Assembly: GCF_036365525.1 (NCBI RefSeq)
Contig: NC_090385.1
Span: forward strand, 25,338,119-25,402,118
From: Heterodontus francisci
Taxonomy: Eukaryota
Reading direction: 5' to 3'
DNA: 64,000 bases
A program made the position numbers and the translations under genes. The first letter of the stretch is position 1. Every line of letters begins with the position of its first letter. Below are positions 36,180 through 49,189 of this stretch, piece after piece. The notes below the pieces were generated by a model that was not told the DNA's origin, did not search any database, and worked only from the letters and a program-made list of their open reading frames with translations.

Positions 36180-37020
36180 ATAATAATTTGCATTTATATA
36201 GCACCTTTAATGTACTAAAAATGTCCCAAGGCACTTTAGGAGTATAATCAAGCAAAAGTTGATGCCGAGCCACATAAAGAGATATTAGGAGAGGTTTCCA
36301 AAAGCTTGGTCAAAGATATAGGTTTTACAGAGCAACTTAAAAGGAGGAGAGAGCAATAGAGAGGCAGAGAACTTGAGGGAGGGGATTCCAGAGCTTAGGG
36401 CTTAGGCAGCTGAAAGCACAGCTGCCAGGGGTGGAGTGTTGAAAATCAAGGATGCACATAGGCCAGAACTGGAGAATTAAAGAGAGCTCAGAGTTGTAGG
36501 TTGAAGGAAGTTACAGAGATAGGGAGGGGCGAGGCCATAGAGAGATTTAAACACAATGGTGAGAATTATAAAATTGGCGCTTTGCTGGACCAGGAGGACA
36601 GGGGTGATGGTTGAACAGGACTTGGTATGAGTTGGGATATGGCCAGCAGTTTTGGATGAGCTCAACTTTATGGAAGGTGGAAGATGGAAGGCCGGGCAGG
36701 AAAGTGTTGGAATAGTCGATCCTGGAGGTAACAAAGGCATGGATGAGGGTTTCAGCAGCGCATGAGCTGAGGCAGGTGCAGAGATGGACGATGTTACTGA
36801 GGTGGATGTAGGCAGTCTTAGTGATGGCGAGGATATGGCGTCAGAAGCTCAGCTCCGGTTCAAATCGGGTGGCAAGCTTGCAAACAGTCCAATTCAACCT
36901 TGGATAGTGGCTGGGGCGGGGGTCGGTGGAGGAATGGAGTCAGTGGCTCGGGAATGGGGTTTGTGTTGGAGACTGAAAATAATGGCTTCAGTCTTCCCAA
37001 TGTTTAACTGGAAATTAAAA
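36180..37020 (-). mobile_element. L2 LINE 3' fragment
   Basis: L2 tail TTGCATTTATATAGCACC and peptide ITPVL...ILTIVFKSLYGLAPPYL. Confidence 0.75.
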
Positions 37021-38752
37021 TCATAACATTGCAGCAATTGTGGTAATGGGCTGATCAGAAACATCACAAGCTAACATTTTCTGGAATTGGCAAGCATGTG
37101 GATGGTGAATTCATAGAAAATCTGTAACAATCTGTGACTGGGATATTCTAATATGTAGGGCAGCCAGCATCATAAAGAGAAAAGACAGGTACCTGAGGTT
37201 TCAGCTGTGTATCCTTGGGCAGAAAATGAGTTCTGAGGAATGACACACATAGAAAAAAACAATAGTCAGTATTTCTCTTCACAGATACTGCCTGATTCTC
37301 TATGTATTTCCAGCATTTACTATTTTTATATAGAATCTCAGCATTTGCAATTTTTTTCCTTTTTAACATTTCAATATGTTTGTTTTGGTGTGCAAGTGCT
37401 CTCAGAGCCAAGGTATAGTAAACTCCACCAGTTTCAATGATACTTTCTGCCTCAACACCACCCCCCCCCCCCCTATTATTACATGAGAATTAATACCGTA
37501 TAGGGCCACTAAAGACCATTATAAATGCAACATTTATACATGACGACCAGGCCTACATATATAAGTAATTGCATCTTGGAAACCATTACTTAACGTATTT
37601 TAATGTTAATAGGATTTCAGTAAAGTGGTTGTGTAAAATATACGTTTAACACTAACCTGAACTGTGTAAAACACGCAGTGGTGTAATAAATATAGGTTTT
37701 TCCCTTCCAAGTTTGGGTTGTGTCTGGAAAGGAAAGAGAACTTTTGTTCTATATAACACTGGATTAGAGTGCTGGTGGTTACAAGTCTGTCATTGGTGCC
37801 AGTAGTGGTAGGACAAAGTTGAATGATAAATTAGATGTTTTACACAAGGAGCATTTTGACACAAAATTACAGTACATTAAAGTCGTTTTTTTTTTCCACA
37901 GTGACTGGGTAAAAATATACTAAATAAGCCTAGTGACACTCTTGTATTTTTTTTAAAAAACCTTTAACAATTTTATCTAGCAATAACTGAAAAGTCTAAC
38001 TGAAATGTAAAACTATTAAATCAAATAGTTAGACCAGATAGAGCTGTCTGAATATTTGTTTTGAATCGGGAGGAATGGTCTTTAGATCAAGGCATACAGG
38101 CTAAAAAAGTTTAACATTTTTCTCACAGTTGTGAGTTCTACAGAAGATCTCAGTAAGGTACAAAACTCCACTTGCGCACCAAATATTTGACCTGAGTTAC
38201 CCCAGAATGTAAGTAAATTACCTAATGCAGGTTTTACAGGTTTTACCATAGTAACAATCTTTAGTTCCAAAATTCTTACCTTGGTTTTGAGAGAACCTTT
38301 ACTATGGTAATCAGTTGAGTTTTTTAGTCACCACAATACATTTTCAGTTTTAGCTATGCCATCTGTGCAATCAGCTTGGTAGTGCAGTGTTGCGGCTAAG
38401 TACTTCATTCCAAGGTGTCAGCCTTGTATCAGTGGCAGCACCTTAGCCTCTGAGCCAGTAGGTCATGAATTCAATGCCTACTCCAGAGACTCAAGCACAT
38501 AATCTAGGCTGGCACATCTGTACAGTACCGAGGGCACTATCAGAAATGCCATCTTTCATATGAAATGTCAAATCCAGGCCCTGTCTTTCATCTTGGATCC
38601 CAAGGCAATAGAAGAGCAGGGGATTTTAACAAGCATCTTAAAGGATGAGACAGAGGCGGAGAGTTTTAGGGAGGGAATTCCACAGTTATGGGCAGTGTTG
38701 CAACATTGGTAGGTATCTCTGATCAGGTTACTTGCGCACTACCTCAACAAGG

Positions 38753-39097
38753 AATGGCACAGTGGCGCAGTGGTTAGCACCGCAGCCTCACAGCTCCAGC
38801 GATCCAGGTTCAATTCTGGGTACTGCCTGTGTGGAGTTTGCAAGTTCTCCCTGTGTCTGCGTGGGTTTCCTCCGGGTGCTCCGGTTTCCTCCCACATGCC
38901 AAAGACTTGCAGGTTGATAGGTTAATTGGCCATTATAAATTGCCCCTAGTATAGGTAGGTGGTAGGGAAATATAGGGACAGGTGGGTAGTGGTAGGAATA
39001 TGGAATTAGTGTAGGATTGGTATAAATGGGTGGTTGATGGTCGGCACAGACTCGGTGGGCCGAAGGGCCTGTTTCAGTGCTGTATCTCTAAACTAAA
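38753..39097 (+). mobile_element. HE1-type V-SINE (UPRT intron 1)
   Basis: Same SINE, with (CTAAA)n tail. Confidence 0.9.
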
Positions 39098-39191
39098 CGA
39101 TCCAGAAGATTTAAAGAGGAGCAAAGATTAACTTAATGAAAGGCATCACGAGGGCTCAAATCCAGCCCAGACTAATAAGTTAAATGTCTCT

Positions 39192-40127
39192 GGGCTGGAC
39201 TTTCATTGTAGAGGTGGGAAACAGGAACCGGGTCTGGTTTTGGGTCAGAAGCCTGCCTCCTGTGGGAAGCTGATTCACATTGCAATTTTCAAATGGGTAA
39301 GCCCATAATTGGTGTGGAAACAGGTTTCCTGTCCTCTTAGAGCCAGTGGGATTGAAAATGGCAGTGGGTCAGATCACAGGGGGAATTTTATGCTCTTCCC
39401 AATGGTGACTTTGGAGACAGGGGGGAGCTTATAATTGGGCGGGATGGTGTGGGGGGGGGGGGGTGCGGGGATCCCTCATTGTGCTGCTGCGGGAATTAGA
39501 CCAGTGGCGGGCAGGCCTGTTGGAGCATGGGGAGCATGCCAAGCAAACCCGTGCAGGTTGCTTACTGGCTGGGGGGGGTGGTCACTCATTAAAAGGCATT
39601 CAGTGCCAGATTGAGGGACCTGGCATTGAGAAAGGGGGGCCCGCTGAGCACCACCCACCTGCCCTTGCTGCTGACCCCTCTACAACCCTCTCTCCTATTA
39701 TGAAACCCACCCTGTGAAACCCTTCCCGCTGTGACTTACAGGTGGCCTTGAGTGAGTCCAGTACCAGCAGCAGCCATCGTCTCCGCAGTGGCACTGTTCA
39801 GTTAAAGAGCTGCCGGCCTCCGTATTGAAGGAAACTAATTTCTTTTGCACTTTCTGGAATATCAATATGGAACTGTTTTGAACTGTTTTGTAATGTACTT
39901 TTACAGATTTTTATGAATAAAGTATATTTTTGGAAAAGAAATCCAGCCTCTGATTGGCCAGCAGCTCCTAGCAGGCGGGACTTCTGTTGATGGGGTCCTT
40001 GATCCCGGGGACGGCCCTAAGTGCCTAATTGGCACTTGATTCTGAGGGCCTCCCCCCAGAGGAAGTGGCACGGGCTCTCACTGTTGATTAGGCGATGGTC
40101 AACACCCCCATCACCAAATCCCAACCC
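39192..40127. mobile_element. Harbinger-type MITE containing a Tx1-like 3' tail (~39822-39941)
   Basis: Starts GGGCTGGACTTT and ends AAATCCCAACCC. The internal block matches 20503-20612. Confidence 0.6.
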
Positions 40128-40149
40128 AAGTATGGGGCTCAAGTAGACT

Positions 40150-41275
40150 TCCATGGCAGCCATCACTGAGGCTGCTGGTTGTCATGAGGGTGAGATTTGT
40201 CTTTCACTGCACCAGAGGGAAGCAAGATATCACAGGAGAGCTGGAGGCCTGGCACTGGCGCAGGGCAGACCCTTTCTTCATCGATGCCGACCTGGATCTA
40301 ATGCTGGAGGCTGTGAGGGAGAGGAGGGAGGGTGGCAGGAGGAGGTCAGGGCACCTCTCTGTTCAATGTTACTCCCTCTGCCCTGTCTTCCTCCTCCTCG
40401 CTTAGCTCCTGCACCTCCCCTGATGAACTGTCTTCTTCCAAGGCCTCACTGTCCTCTAAGGTCCATACCTCTCTGGGTAAAGGGGGCCCCCCTTTCTCAA
40501 TGCCAGGTCCTTCATTCAGGCACTGAATGCCTTTTAATGAGAGACCCCCCCCCCCCCCCACCCCACCAGCCGCCGCCTCCACCCCCAGAGCAACAGTGCA
40601 GCAGACTACCACAATGACCGAGACCATTGCCAGAGGGTATTGGAGGGTGCCACTCGACCGATCCAGGCACGGGAATGAAACTCAAAAGCCTGTTCGATGG
40701 TTGGTCTGCTGGGCTGGTAGCATTGGTTGCATTGCCTCTGTGTCCCTGTCTGAGGCTTCCATAAAGGTGTCAGTAGCTATCTCCTCAAGGGATTTCCCTT
40801 GTCCCCTTGGATCCATCCATGCATTTTGGGGGATGGAGTGAAGCACTGAGGCAGCCTGGATTGGCAGAGGATGAAGGAGTCATGGCAGCTGTCAGGAAAG
40901 CAAGCGCACGCATAGCAGTTGGATGTTGAGGGAACGGAAACCCTTCCTGTTGATGGATCTCACTGGCTGGTCACTGGGTACCTTGATGGCCACAAGGATG
41001 CAAGCGATGATGTCCTGCACCTGGGGGAATCCAGCGATGCAGGCTGAACCCAATGCCCTTTGTCCCTGCGCAGGCCCACCTGTGCCAAAGTGGGTGTAGT
41101 TCCTTCTGAAAATGGCATCCGTGAACTGCCAACTGCAAGATGCCACCTAGGTCCACAGCTGATCGCTGAAACGACCCAGTTGCATAGAAGCTCAAGGCGA
41201 CGGAGACCTTGATGGCTGCAGGTAGGAGATTGCCATGGGGACCGTCAGGCCTCAGGTCATCGTCGATTAGATTCT
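40150..41275. mobile_element. PIF/Harbinger relic: Myb/SANT-like fragment (+) and transposase fragment (-, ~40880-41275)
   Basis: Minus strand: LPAAIKVSVALSFYATGSFQ and IAGFPQVQDIIACILVAIKVP...INRKGFRSLNIQLLC (HARBI1-like). Plus strand: PFFIDADLDLMLEAVRERRE. Confidence 0.8.
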
Positions 41276-41611
41276 AAGGTCGGAGCCAAGGCATATTGTT
41301 GGACCAGAGTGGAAGGTGCTTTACTCCCCAGTAAAGAATGGTCAACTACAGATACTTGATTGTGACACTGGCTGCCCAAAAATGTGAGTGTTCCATTTCC
41401 TTACACTAATAGCCCTCATGTTGATGAGCTCAATATCCTATAAAATGGTGCATTTTTTTTTGAATGGAGCTTAAAATATCTTAAGACTTTTACTTTCTGA
41501 GATAGTTATTTTACGTTTGTGAAGGGTTAAATGGTTGGACCAAAATACCTGACCATTTTGAAGGTTTTTGTCCATTACTAAATAGGCTGTTTTTTTCCCT
41601 TTCATCTCCAG

Positions 41612-41654
41612 AACAACGAGCAGAGGGGACTTCGTATTTTGTGCTGATCGTTTG
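41612..41654 (+). CDS. UPRT: UPRT exon 2
   Basis: CAG acceptor and GTGAGT donor; 43 nt; (K)TTSRGDFVFCADRL. Confidence 0.95.
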
Positions 41655-42009
41655 GTGAGTAGCAACATAAACATATCATTAGTTCTGTGCTTTTAATTTG
41701 TTGAACCATCAAAACTCTTCCTTGATCGGAGTTCTTACGAGAAAGGAAAGGTGAGTGGGAAGGGAGAGGAAGGTAGAGTGCGGTGGGGCTTATGGGAATG
41801 ATTTTAGAGTGTTTCAAATGGTTACCACCCTTTTAAAAAATAATTAAGAACTGTACTTACATTTGACACATTTCTCTTTTGGAAAAGAAATGGACATTGT
41901 TGCTTAAATTATTTTTATTGCCCAGTGAAAGGATAATATTTTCTAAATTTGGGATACATATGTGCAGGACAAAGTCAAAATTCCTTCACCTGTGAATATT
42001 GTATTACAG

Positions 42010-42079
42010 ATCAGACTGGTGGTTGAAGAAGGACTGAACCAGCTGCCATACACAGAATGTACAGTCACAACCCCTACAG
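42010..42079 (+). CDS. UPRT: UPRT exon 3
   Basis: CAG acceptor and GTTAGA donor; 70 nt; IRLVVEEGLNQLPYTECTVTTPT(G). Confidence 0.95.
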
Positions 42080-44390
42080 GTTAGATATAAGCAAAATGCA
42101 CGGAATTGAGACGTGACCATAATTAGGCTGCTTCACTACTATATCTGTGATATTAGAGAATCCTAAATGTTTTGTTATGTAGATGCCATTTTGAAAGTTG
42201 CTGATTAAAAGGGATATGGCACTTAACAAAGTTCTTCTTTGTGTTTACTAATAATTTAACGTTTTTAAAGTAAGATGGGTGAGGTAACTGTCAGCAATTA
42301 GGCAGCCCTCCATTTGTAAATGAGTTTCACCGCTTTGCCAAACACTTTAAGCTGATGACCAAACTTGACCAAATACCTTGAAGAGAATCAGAATCATTAT
42401 ATTCTTAGAAATCGAAGGGGTAATTTTGATGATGATAGTGTATATCGGGCAATATTAGATCAGCCGCCTAGTATTTATATATAATCCCGATTTTCTTTTC
42501 ATCGAGGTCGGGAGAGATGTAAACAACCATCTGATCTGAAAATGCCTATTTTACACTTTTTCTCAGTCAAAATGACACCCAAATTGTTCAAAGGGATCAC
42601 AGCAGACAGATGTAGGGCCTCACGGTCTCAAGGGTAACAAATGAAAAATGGCTAGGCTTCCCACTCTTGATTGTTCCCCTTAGACTAAACTATACACAGC
42701 CAGACACCAGGCTTCAAAACTAGAGAGAACACGGGCTAAATTTCCTGAGTTCCAGCTGGCAGTGAGGTACCTCACCCATTATTAGCACATAAGGAAAAAT
42801 CTCTGGTGCATCGCTTGTGATTTTCCATCCCTTGTTGTTGAATTTTCTGGTATACGATGGTGACATGCGAGGTACCTTGCCGAGGCGCGGATTTGGACAA
42901 TTTAGAGGTGAGCACTTTTCAGGAGTTGCTGGGCCATTGTTTTTTTTTTTTGGGAGCCATGTTAGCTGTTGTGAAAGTTTATGGAAACCACTCAATGATG
43001 TCAGTGTCATGAACAGTATAGTTTCTGTTACGTTTGTATCGAGACTGGAAAAATATCTCCCAAACACTTCAATTACATTTTCTCTTTTATTTTCAGTCCA
43101 TTTCTGCTGATGATTGAAACTACTTTTGTTTAAACTAAGAATTAATATCACAGTCTTGGCTTAGGGGAATTAGTGAGCCTAATAGTGAAATCAACATCAG
43201 CAGATTAAAGGTGAGGATACTTCAGTGATTTCATCACTTAGCAGTGTCCCAGTAAGCTCCTTTGTTTACTCAGTGACTTTATCGAGTGAGTTGCTGAGGC
43301 TCACATACCAGTTTTAATCCACAGTCTGTTCTGAGCTAACTGATGTCAGCTATGGTAGGAACTGGGCCTCAGTACTTGCCACTGAGTGAGGGTAAGATAA
43401 AGCAAAGTTGCTGCTCCTGATCACTCTCCACTTCTGGAACTGTATGTGTTCTGTGGGTAATGTTGTTAGGTGAGAGCAGGATTGGGCTGAGCTGTGAGGC
43501 CCCCACCTGTATTGGAGCAGCCTACCCACACTCAGTCTCAAGGCCTCTTGGCTGAGGTACCAAAAACTGCCTGTGGCCCCCTTCTTAATTACCTCCAGGA
43601 AAGGAGAAGAGTGCCTGATCGATGTCCTCAGCTACTGCCTTGGCTATTTGTTGAACTAGGGAAGAGGGGTGTGTAAAAGCCAGGGTCGCCACTTTCTGAT
43701 CATTAGCCATCCACCTTGCCAGAGGTGACAGAATTAGTTAAAATGGCCCTTGAAATGCCTGCCACTGCTCACTGTTTGGATTGATTGATCATTTTGGCAA
43801 TGAACAGGAGGGCTGCAAACTCGAGCATGAGTTGCCACATTCAAAGAGATGGGGAGAGAACTGGAAGCAAAACAGAACACTGACAACCCTCCCTGACAAA
43901 GCAATGAATGTTACTTAATCATAGCTCCTTTTGAGTTCTTCCTTTAGGAGGCTAGATGGTTAATCTTACTGATGCACTTTTATTTTTAAGTGAGATTGCC
44001 AGTAAACCAAGAGAAATGTAGTCTATTTACAGACCCGTCAGTCATCAGTACTGGTGGACATTGTAGAAATGTTTGAATGTTGGTCTGGTTCTATTCAAGT
44101 CCAGATTGTTGATGCTGCTGTGCCAACAGAACAGACCCTGCAAGGCACTTTTGTTCTTTTGTTTAGTATTTCAGCATGGGAACCAAAGTATGGCCTGGCT
44201 GCACAATGTAAACACAGTAAGTCAGGGTTCACTGAACTCCACATTATCACTGTGCAATGAACTGAGCAAACAATTACCCTGATCAGTAGAGTTTTTATTG
44301 TAGTTTAAAGGGTGGGTAGCTTAGTGGGACAGTACTCAAAATGCAAAATATTCATTCCCTTAGGAGACCCAGAATTTATTTATTTTTAAT

Positions 44391-44727
44391 GGGCGGCACA
44401 GTGGCGCAGTGGTTAGCACCGCAGCCTCACAGCTCCAGCGGCGCGGGTTCAATTCTGGGTACTGCCTGTGTGGAGTTTGCAAGTTCTCCTTGTGTCTGCG
44501 TGGGTTTCCTCCGGGTGCTCCGGTTTCCTCCCACATGCCAAAGACTTGCAGGTTGATAGGTAAATTGGCCATTATAAATTGCCCCTAGTATAGGTAGGTG
44601 GTGGGGAAAGATGTGGTAGGAATATGGAATTAGTGTAGGATTAGTATAAATGGGTGGTTGATGGTCGGCACAGACTCGGTGGGCTGAAGGGCCTGTTTCA
44701 GTGCTGTATCTCTAAACTAAACTAAAC
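44391..44727 (+). mobile_element. HE1-type V-SINE (UPRT intron 3)
   Basis: Same SINE, with (CTAAA)n tail. Confidence 0.9.
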
Positions 44728-44965
44728 TTAAGTCATTCTCCTTTCTTTGAGGAATCGTTTTGAGTTGAAGGGGATTCATCCATTCAGATTGAGACATTTT
44801 TTTATCAAAGTATGCTGAAAGTATGTCTGAGTCAGGGACTGCTTTAAAAAGATACGTCTTGAATCGATTCACTCTCCCTGTGTGTTCCCTTTGCAGAGAG
44901 TGGGTGAGTGACCTGCTGCCAGGCAGATAACAGTTTTCTGCATGAGTCAGCTTTTAGAGGAAGCA

Positions 44966-45061
44966 AAAAATAAAAACAAAGTGCTGGAAATACTCAGCAG
45001 GTCAGGCAGCATCTGTGGAGAGAGAAGAAAAGTTAACCTGTCAGGTCTATGACCTTTCCTC
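44966..45061 (-). mobile_element. Short Penelope-like terminal fragment (UPRT intron 3)
   Basis: Reverse complement reads CTGAGGA-A-AGGTCATAGACCT-GACAGGTT-AACT. 10-bp TSD AGAGGAAGCA at 44956-44965 and 45062-45071. Confidence 0.7.
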
Positions 45062-45288
45062 AGAGGAAGCATTTTAATTTAGAGGTTGAGAATTAAGTGT
45101 TTGTGATTTTTTTGGGGGCTTAGCTTCCTTCCTGTGCCCCACTGAAAATAAGCAGAGGTCAAGCAATGTGGTGTCTACCTGCATGTTCTGAGAATGAGGT
45201 GTGGCATTACGGGTGGGGTGGTGAGGATTGGAAAGAATTTAGACCACTAATGCTATGTTAACCCCGATTAATATTTAATTTTATACAG

Positions 45289-45351
45289 GCCATAAGTATG
45301 ATGGAGTGAAGTTTGAGAAGGGAAACTGTGGTGTTAGTATTATGAGAAGTG
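45289..45351 (+). CDS. UPRT: UPRT exon 4
   Basis: CAG acceptor and GTAAGT donor; 63 nt; (G)HKYDGVKFEKGNCGVSIMRS(G). Confidence 0.95.
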
Positions 45352-46232
45352 GTAAGTTACCATTGTTGAGTATTAAAGCTATTTGCCATCCATGATCTTT
45401 ACTTGCTTTCAGTCGGACAGCCTGATGGGGATGTCATTGAGTATTTCAGTATTTCATCTCATAAATGTGGAGAAGATGGCAGCCCGATCAGGAGGCCAAT
45501 CATGAATGCCTACCACTTCATCCTGCTTCTCTCCATTTGCCTTTTGTAATTCCCACTATGAGACCCATTAATATAGGCAGACTCAGTCATCACTGTTCTT
45601 CTAAGCACACTAAGTTATATCCTCACCCTGTGCCACCTGCCAGTGCATTTTGCTTGCGTTCACATTCCCTGGAAAATAGTCCAGAGGAGGAAGACTATGT
45701 AGATGGTTCTGTCAGGACATATTACAAAGAATTTTGACTCCCTTCTAGGAGTAGAGTGTGTAGAAATGTGGATGGGGACAGAGCCAGGACCTTCCATGAG
45801 CACATTCAAACCTCCCAGGATGGCTGGTAGTTCCCTGAATCACTTCATTATTTATACAACCTGCCAAATACCTCCTGTCAGAGGTGGTGGTCACTCATTT
45901 TGGTTTAAAATTGTGACATATTGTTTGTATTCTAATTGTGAATAAACTCCAAGTAATTCGTTTTAAACTATTCCTGAGACTGTCATTTTTTTAACAAAAA
46001 TGAAATACTCAATAATATCAGTTGTAAGACTGGAGTATATTTACAGATTGATGGGATGTTTACAAATACTTAAACTTTTAGTTTGGGAGATTGTTACTGA
46101 TGATGAGGCATCAACAATTACAATTAACAAAACCTGGGCTATTGTATAATCGTATTTCAAAATTAATGGCTCCACTTTGCTCCAATGGGAGCGAACAATT
46201 GCCGACATTGATCATTTTTCATTTTCTTATAG

Positions 46233-46394
46233 GTGAAGCAATGGAACAAGGTTTGCGAGATTGTTGTCGATCAATACGTATTGGAAAAATCCTAATACAA
46301 AGTGATGAAGAGACCCAAAGAGCAAAGGTGTACTATGCAAAATTCCCACCTGACATCTACCGCAGGAAAGTGCTTCTAATGTACCCGATATTGA
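46233..46394 (+). CDS. UPRT: UPRT exon 5
   Basis: TAG acceptor and GTAGGT donor; 162 nt; (G)EAMEQGLRDCCRSIRIGKILIQSDEETQRAKVYYAKFPPDIYRRKVLLMYPIL(S). Confidence 0.95.
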
Positions 46395-47134
46395 GTAGGT
46401 ATCACATGGTCTCATTGTGCCATTTGGCAGAAACCTGGGAATGGAAAGATCTAGAACAGGTTTCTTATAGAACTTTACACTGATTTAGAATGTAGTTGTG
46501 TTTTGGCATTGTTGGTCATTTTACTTACAATTCATTCACACGTTTGCACTCCCTCAGTACTGCACTCAAGTTCCATTATCGATCCTGTGTTCAAGTATCT
46601 GGAGTTGTGCTTGAATTCAGAACCTTCTGACTGAGGTGAGAGTGCTACCACTAAGTCAAGGCTGACACCTTGCTGTGACTTACTGCCAATGATGAGGGAG
46701 GAGAAAAATCGGTTTTGGAAAAAACATTTAAATTTGGATCAGAAATTCTGATTTTCCTAAAAACTGGCCAAATTCAGATCTAATCCTTCACTTGGAATTT
46801 CCCAGTTATTTAGTATGGTAAAAACGAATTCAGTTTTTTTTGAAAAACAGTCAGGGAGGAGGGTGTGAAGTTGACCTACAACCGCAGGTGACATTTGCAT
46901 GGGCTGTTTACAATTTCTTTGCCAGGATGATGGATAGCAGTGTAACCTGGAGGACAGGCCACCACCACCTATCCTAAAGAGGACCAGTCATACTCTACAA
47001 AGCCACAACTCATGTCAATCAATGACAAGAGTGGTATGGATGGCAATCAAGGGTAGAGTGACCACTTCTTTGGTTCTCAAACTGACAACCTGGTTTTGAG
47101 GCAAGCTGCATGGTAATGAGGTCATTTTAAAACC

Positions 47135-47890
47135 AGGCATGGTAGTGTAGTGGTTAATTTCTTCTTCTTTGGCCTCCTTGTCTCGGGAGACAATGGGTAA
47201 GCGCCTGGAGGTGGTCAGTGGTTTGTGGAGCAGCGCCTGGAGTGGCTATAAAGGCCAATACTAGAGTGACAGACTCTTCCACAGGCGCTGCAGAAAAAAT
47301 TGGTTGTCGGGGCTGTTACAAAGTTGGCTGTCCCCTCGCGCTTCTGTCTTTTTTCCTGCCAACTGCTAAGTCTCTTCGACTCGCCACACTTTAGCCCCGC
47401 CTTTATGGCTTCCCGCCAGCTCTGGCGATCGCTGGCAACTGACTCCCACGACTTGTGATCAATGTCACAGGACTTCATGTCGCGTTTGCTAGACTAGTAA
47501 TATAGAGAATGTGGGTTTACTTCTTACCCCCCGGCAGTTTATGACATTAAATTCAGTTTATCATTTTTTTTTAAACCAAGAAATAAAAAGCTGGTATCAG
47601 TAAAAGTGACCATGAAGCTGTCAGATTGTTGTAAAAGCCCAGCTGATTTTCAAGTTGTCCTTTAAGGAAGGAAATCTTCCCTCTTTACCCTGTCAGGCCT
47701 ATATGTCACTCCAGTCCCATGCCAAAGTGGTTGACTCTTAGCTGCCCTCTGAAGAGACCTGGCGAGCCACTCATTTGTATCAAAAAAAATTATGCGGTTC
47801 AAGAAGGCAGTTCCCCCACCAGCTTCTCAGGGAAACCAGGAATGGTCAGTAAATATCGGCCTTGTCAGCGTTGCCCACATGTGAAGAATA
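47135..47890 (+). mobile_element. Same SINE family, split by an RTE fragment
   Basis: Head GGCATGGTAGTGTAGTGGTTA, then the RTE insert, then ...GGAAGGAAATCT...GACTCTTAGCTGCCCTCTG... and tail. Confidence 0.7.
47160..47490 (-). mobile_element. RTE-clade LINE 3' fragment nested in a SINE head
   Basis: ORF end ...CSACGRVCHSSIGLYSHSRRCSTNH and (GAA)n tail. Confidence 0.85.
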
Positions 47891-48425
47891 TATATATTTT
47901 TTTAAAGATACAGGAACAGTTCAGATTTAGAGAATGTGCAGAGGGAAAGTGATGAAGCTACTTTCTCTCCAAATGCTCTTTCTCCCTGCTCTTGTCTTTT
48001 AGAAATGGGAATGTTTTACTATTTTGTACTCAGTTTTGCAAATAGCTAAAACACCACTATTTTAATGTTGTGCAACCTGTTCTTTGTGCGACTGGTAGGA
48101 ACTCAACACAAGCTTAACATTTTATCAGATTGGACAAACGACTACAGTACCATAGTAGCAGTAGTTTTCTTGAAATGTGAAACTGTAGAGCTTCTTGTTG
48201 ACCCAGTTGGTAAATGCATGGAGCACATGGCATTAAAGTCGCAAGTTAAATGCATTGTCAGCTGACCTCAGGAGAGGTAGCTGTAAGCCACTATAGTTGC
48301 TGTCTCCTGACCGCAATCTATTGACCCTCTCTTGGAAGTTCCCCTTATAAACACAATGCTTTGGACTGATCTGAGAAGAGAAATTTCTACTCCGGATAAT
48401 TGCAGGTCATCTGTCTACTCTGCAG

Positions 48426-48524
48426 GTACAGGCAACACAGTTATTGAAGCTGTGAAGGTCCTGATTGAGCACGGAGTGCAGCCAAACTGTATAATCCTAC
48501 TCAGTCTTTTTTCAACTCCACATG
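48426..48524 (+). CDS. UPRT: UPRT exon 6
   Basis: CAG acceptor and GTAAGT donor; 99 nt; (S)TGNTVIEAVKVLIEHGVQPNCIILLSLFSTPH(G). Confidence 0.95.
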
Positions 48525-49189
48525 GTAAGTGAGACATGTGAATACTTATTTTGATGTGAGACTTTAAAGCTGAGATGCACATTAGAGTGTTATTTTAGAT
48601 CAAGAAAATTTTCTTCAGTGCAAGAACTGAAAGCGTATGTTAATTTCATTCTTTAAGCACTGCTTGGTAAAGTGCAGGCCACACCAACTGCAACTGTAGA
48701 CGTTCTGTCACAGATTTTAAAGAACATAGACATTGGCCTCAGTTTTATCCTTCATTTATCTTCAATTGAATGGGATGACAGCAGGCAACTGCACTCCCTC
48801 TGATGTCTTCTGGATTCTGAAAGTAGGTGCAAATATGGCTCAAAGTAAAATTTTAATTTCATGGTGCGAGTTAAATAATGCAACTGGCTGCATTTGCTGA
48901 CAATACAACTGCTAGGTGGCGCAGTACTAGCACATACACAAATGCAGCCTCTTCCACTGAAATGTCACTGTCTGCGATGTTCAGGCAGCTGCTAGGGTTA
49001 AAGATGGCGCTGCTCAATTTATCACAGAAAACAACTTCAACCACTGAAAGATTGCCGTTGCTGCCTCCATCCCACCCCCAACAGTCCCCCGCCACTCCTG
49101 CCATTGCTTCATTTGTATAATTTCTTGGATGTCTCCTGTTCAACTGTTTTGATTTTTCCTTTGACAAAGAAAGAACTCTGGTGTGATAC

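Noticed and set aside
40880-41275. Domesticated HARBI1 gene
   Set aside because: Frameshifted and partial, with the catalytic motif degraded (IIACIL instead of IDCTH); a transposon relic.
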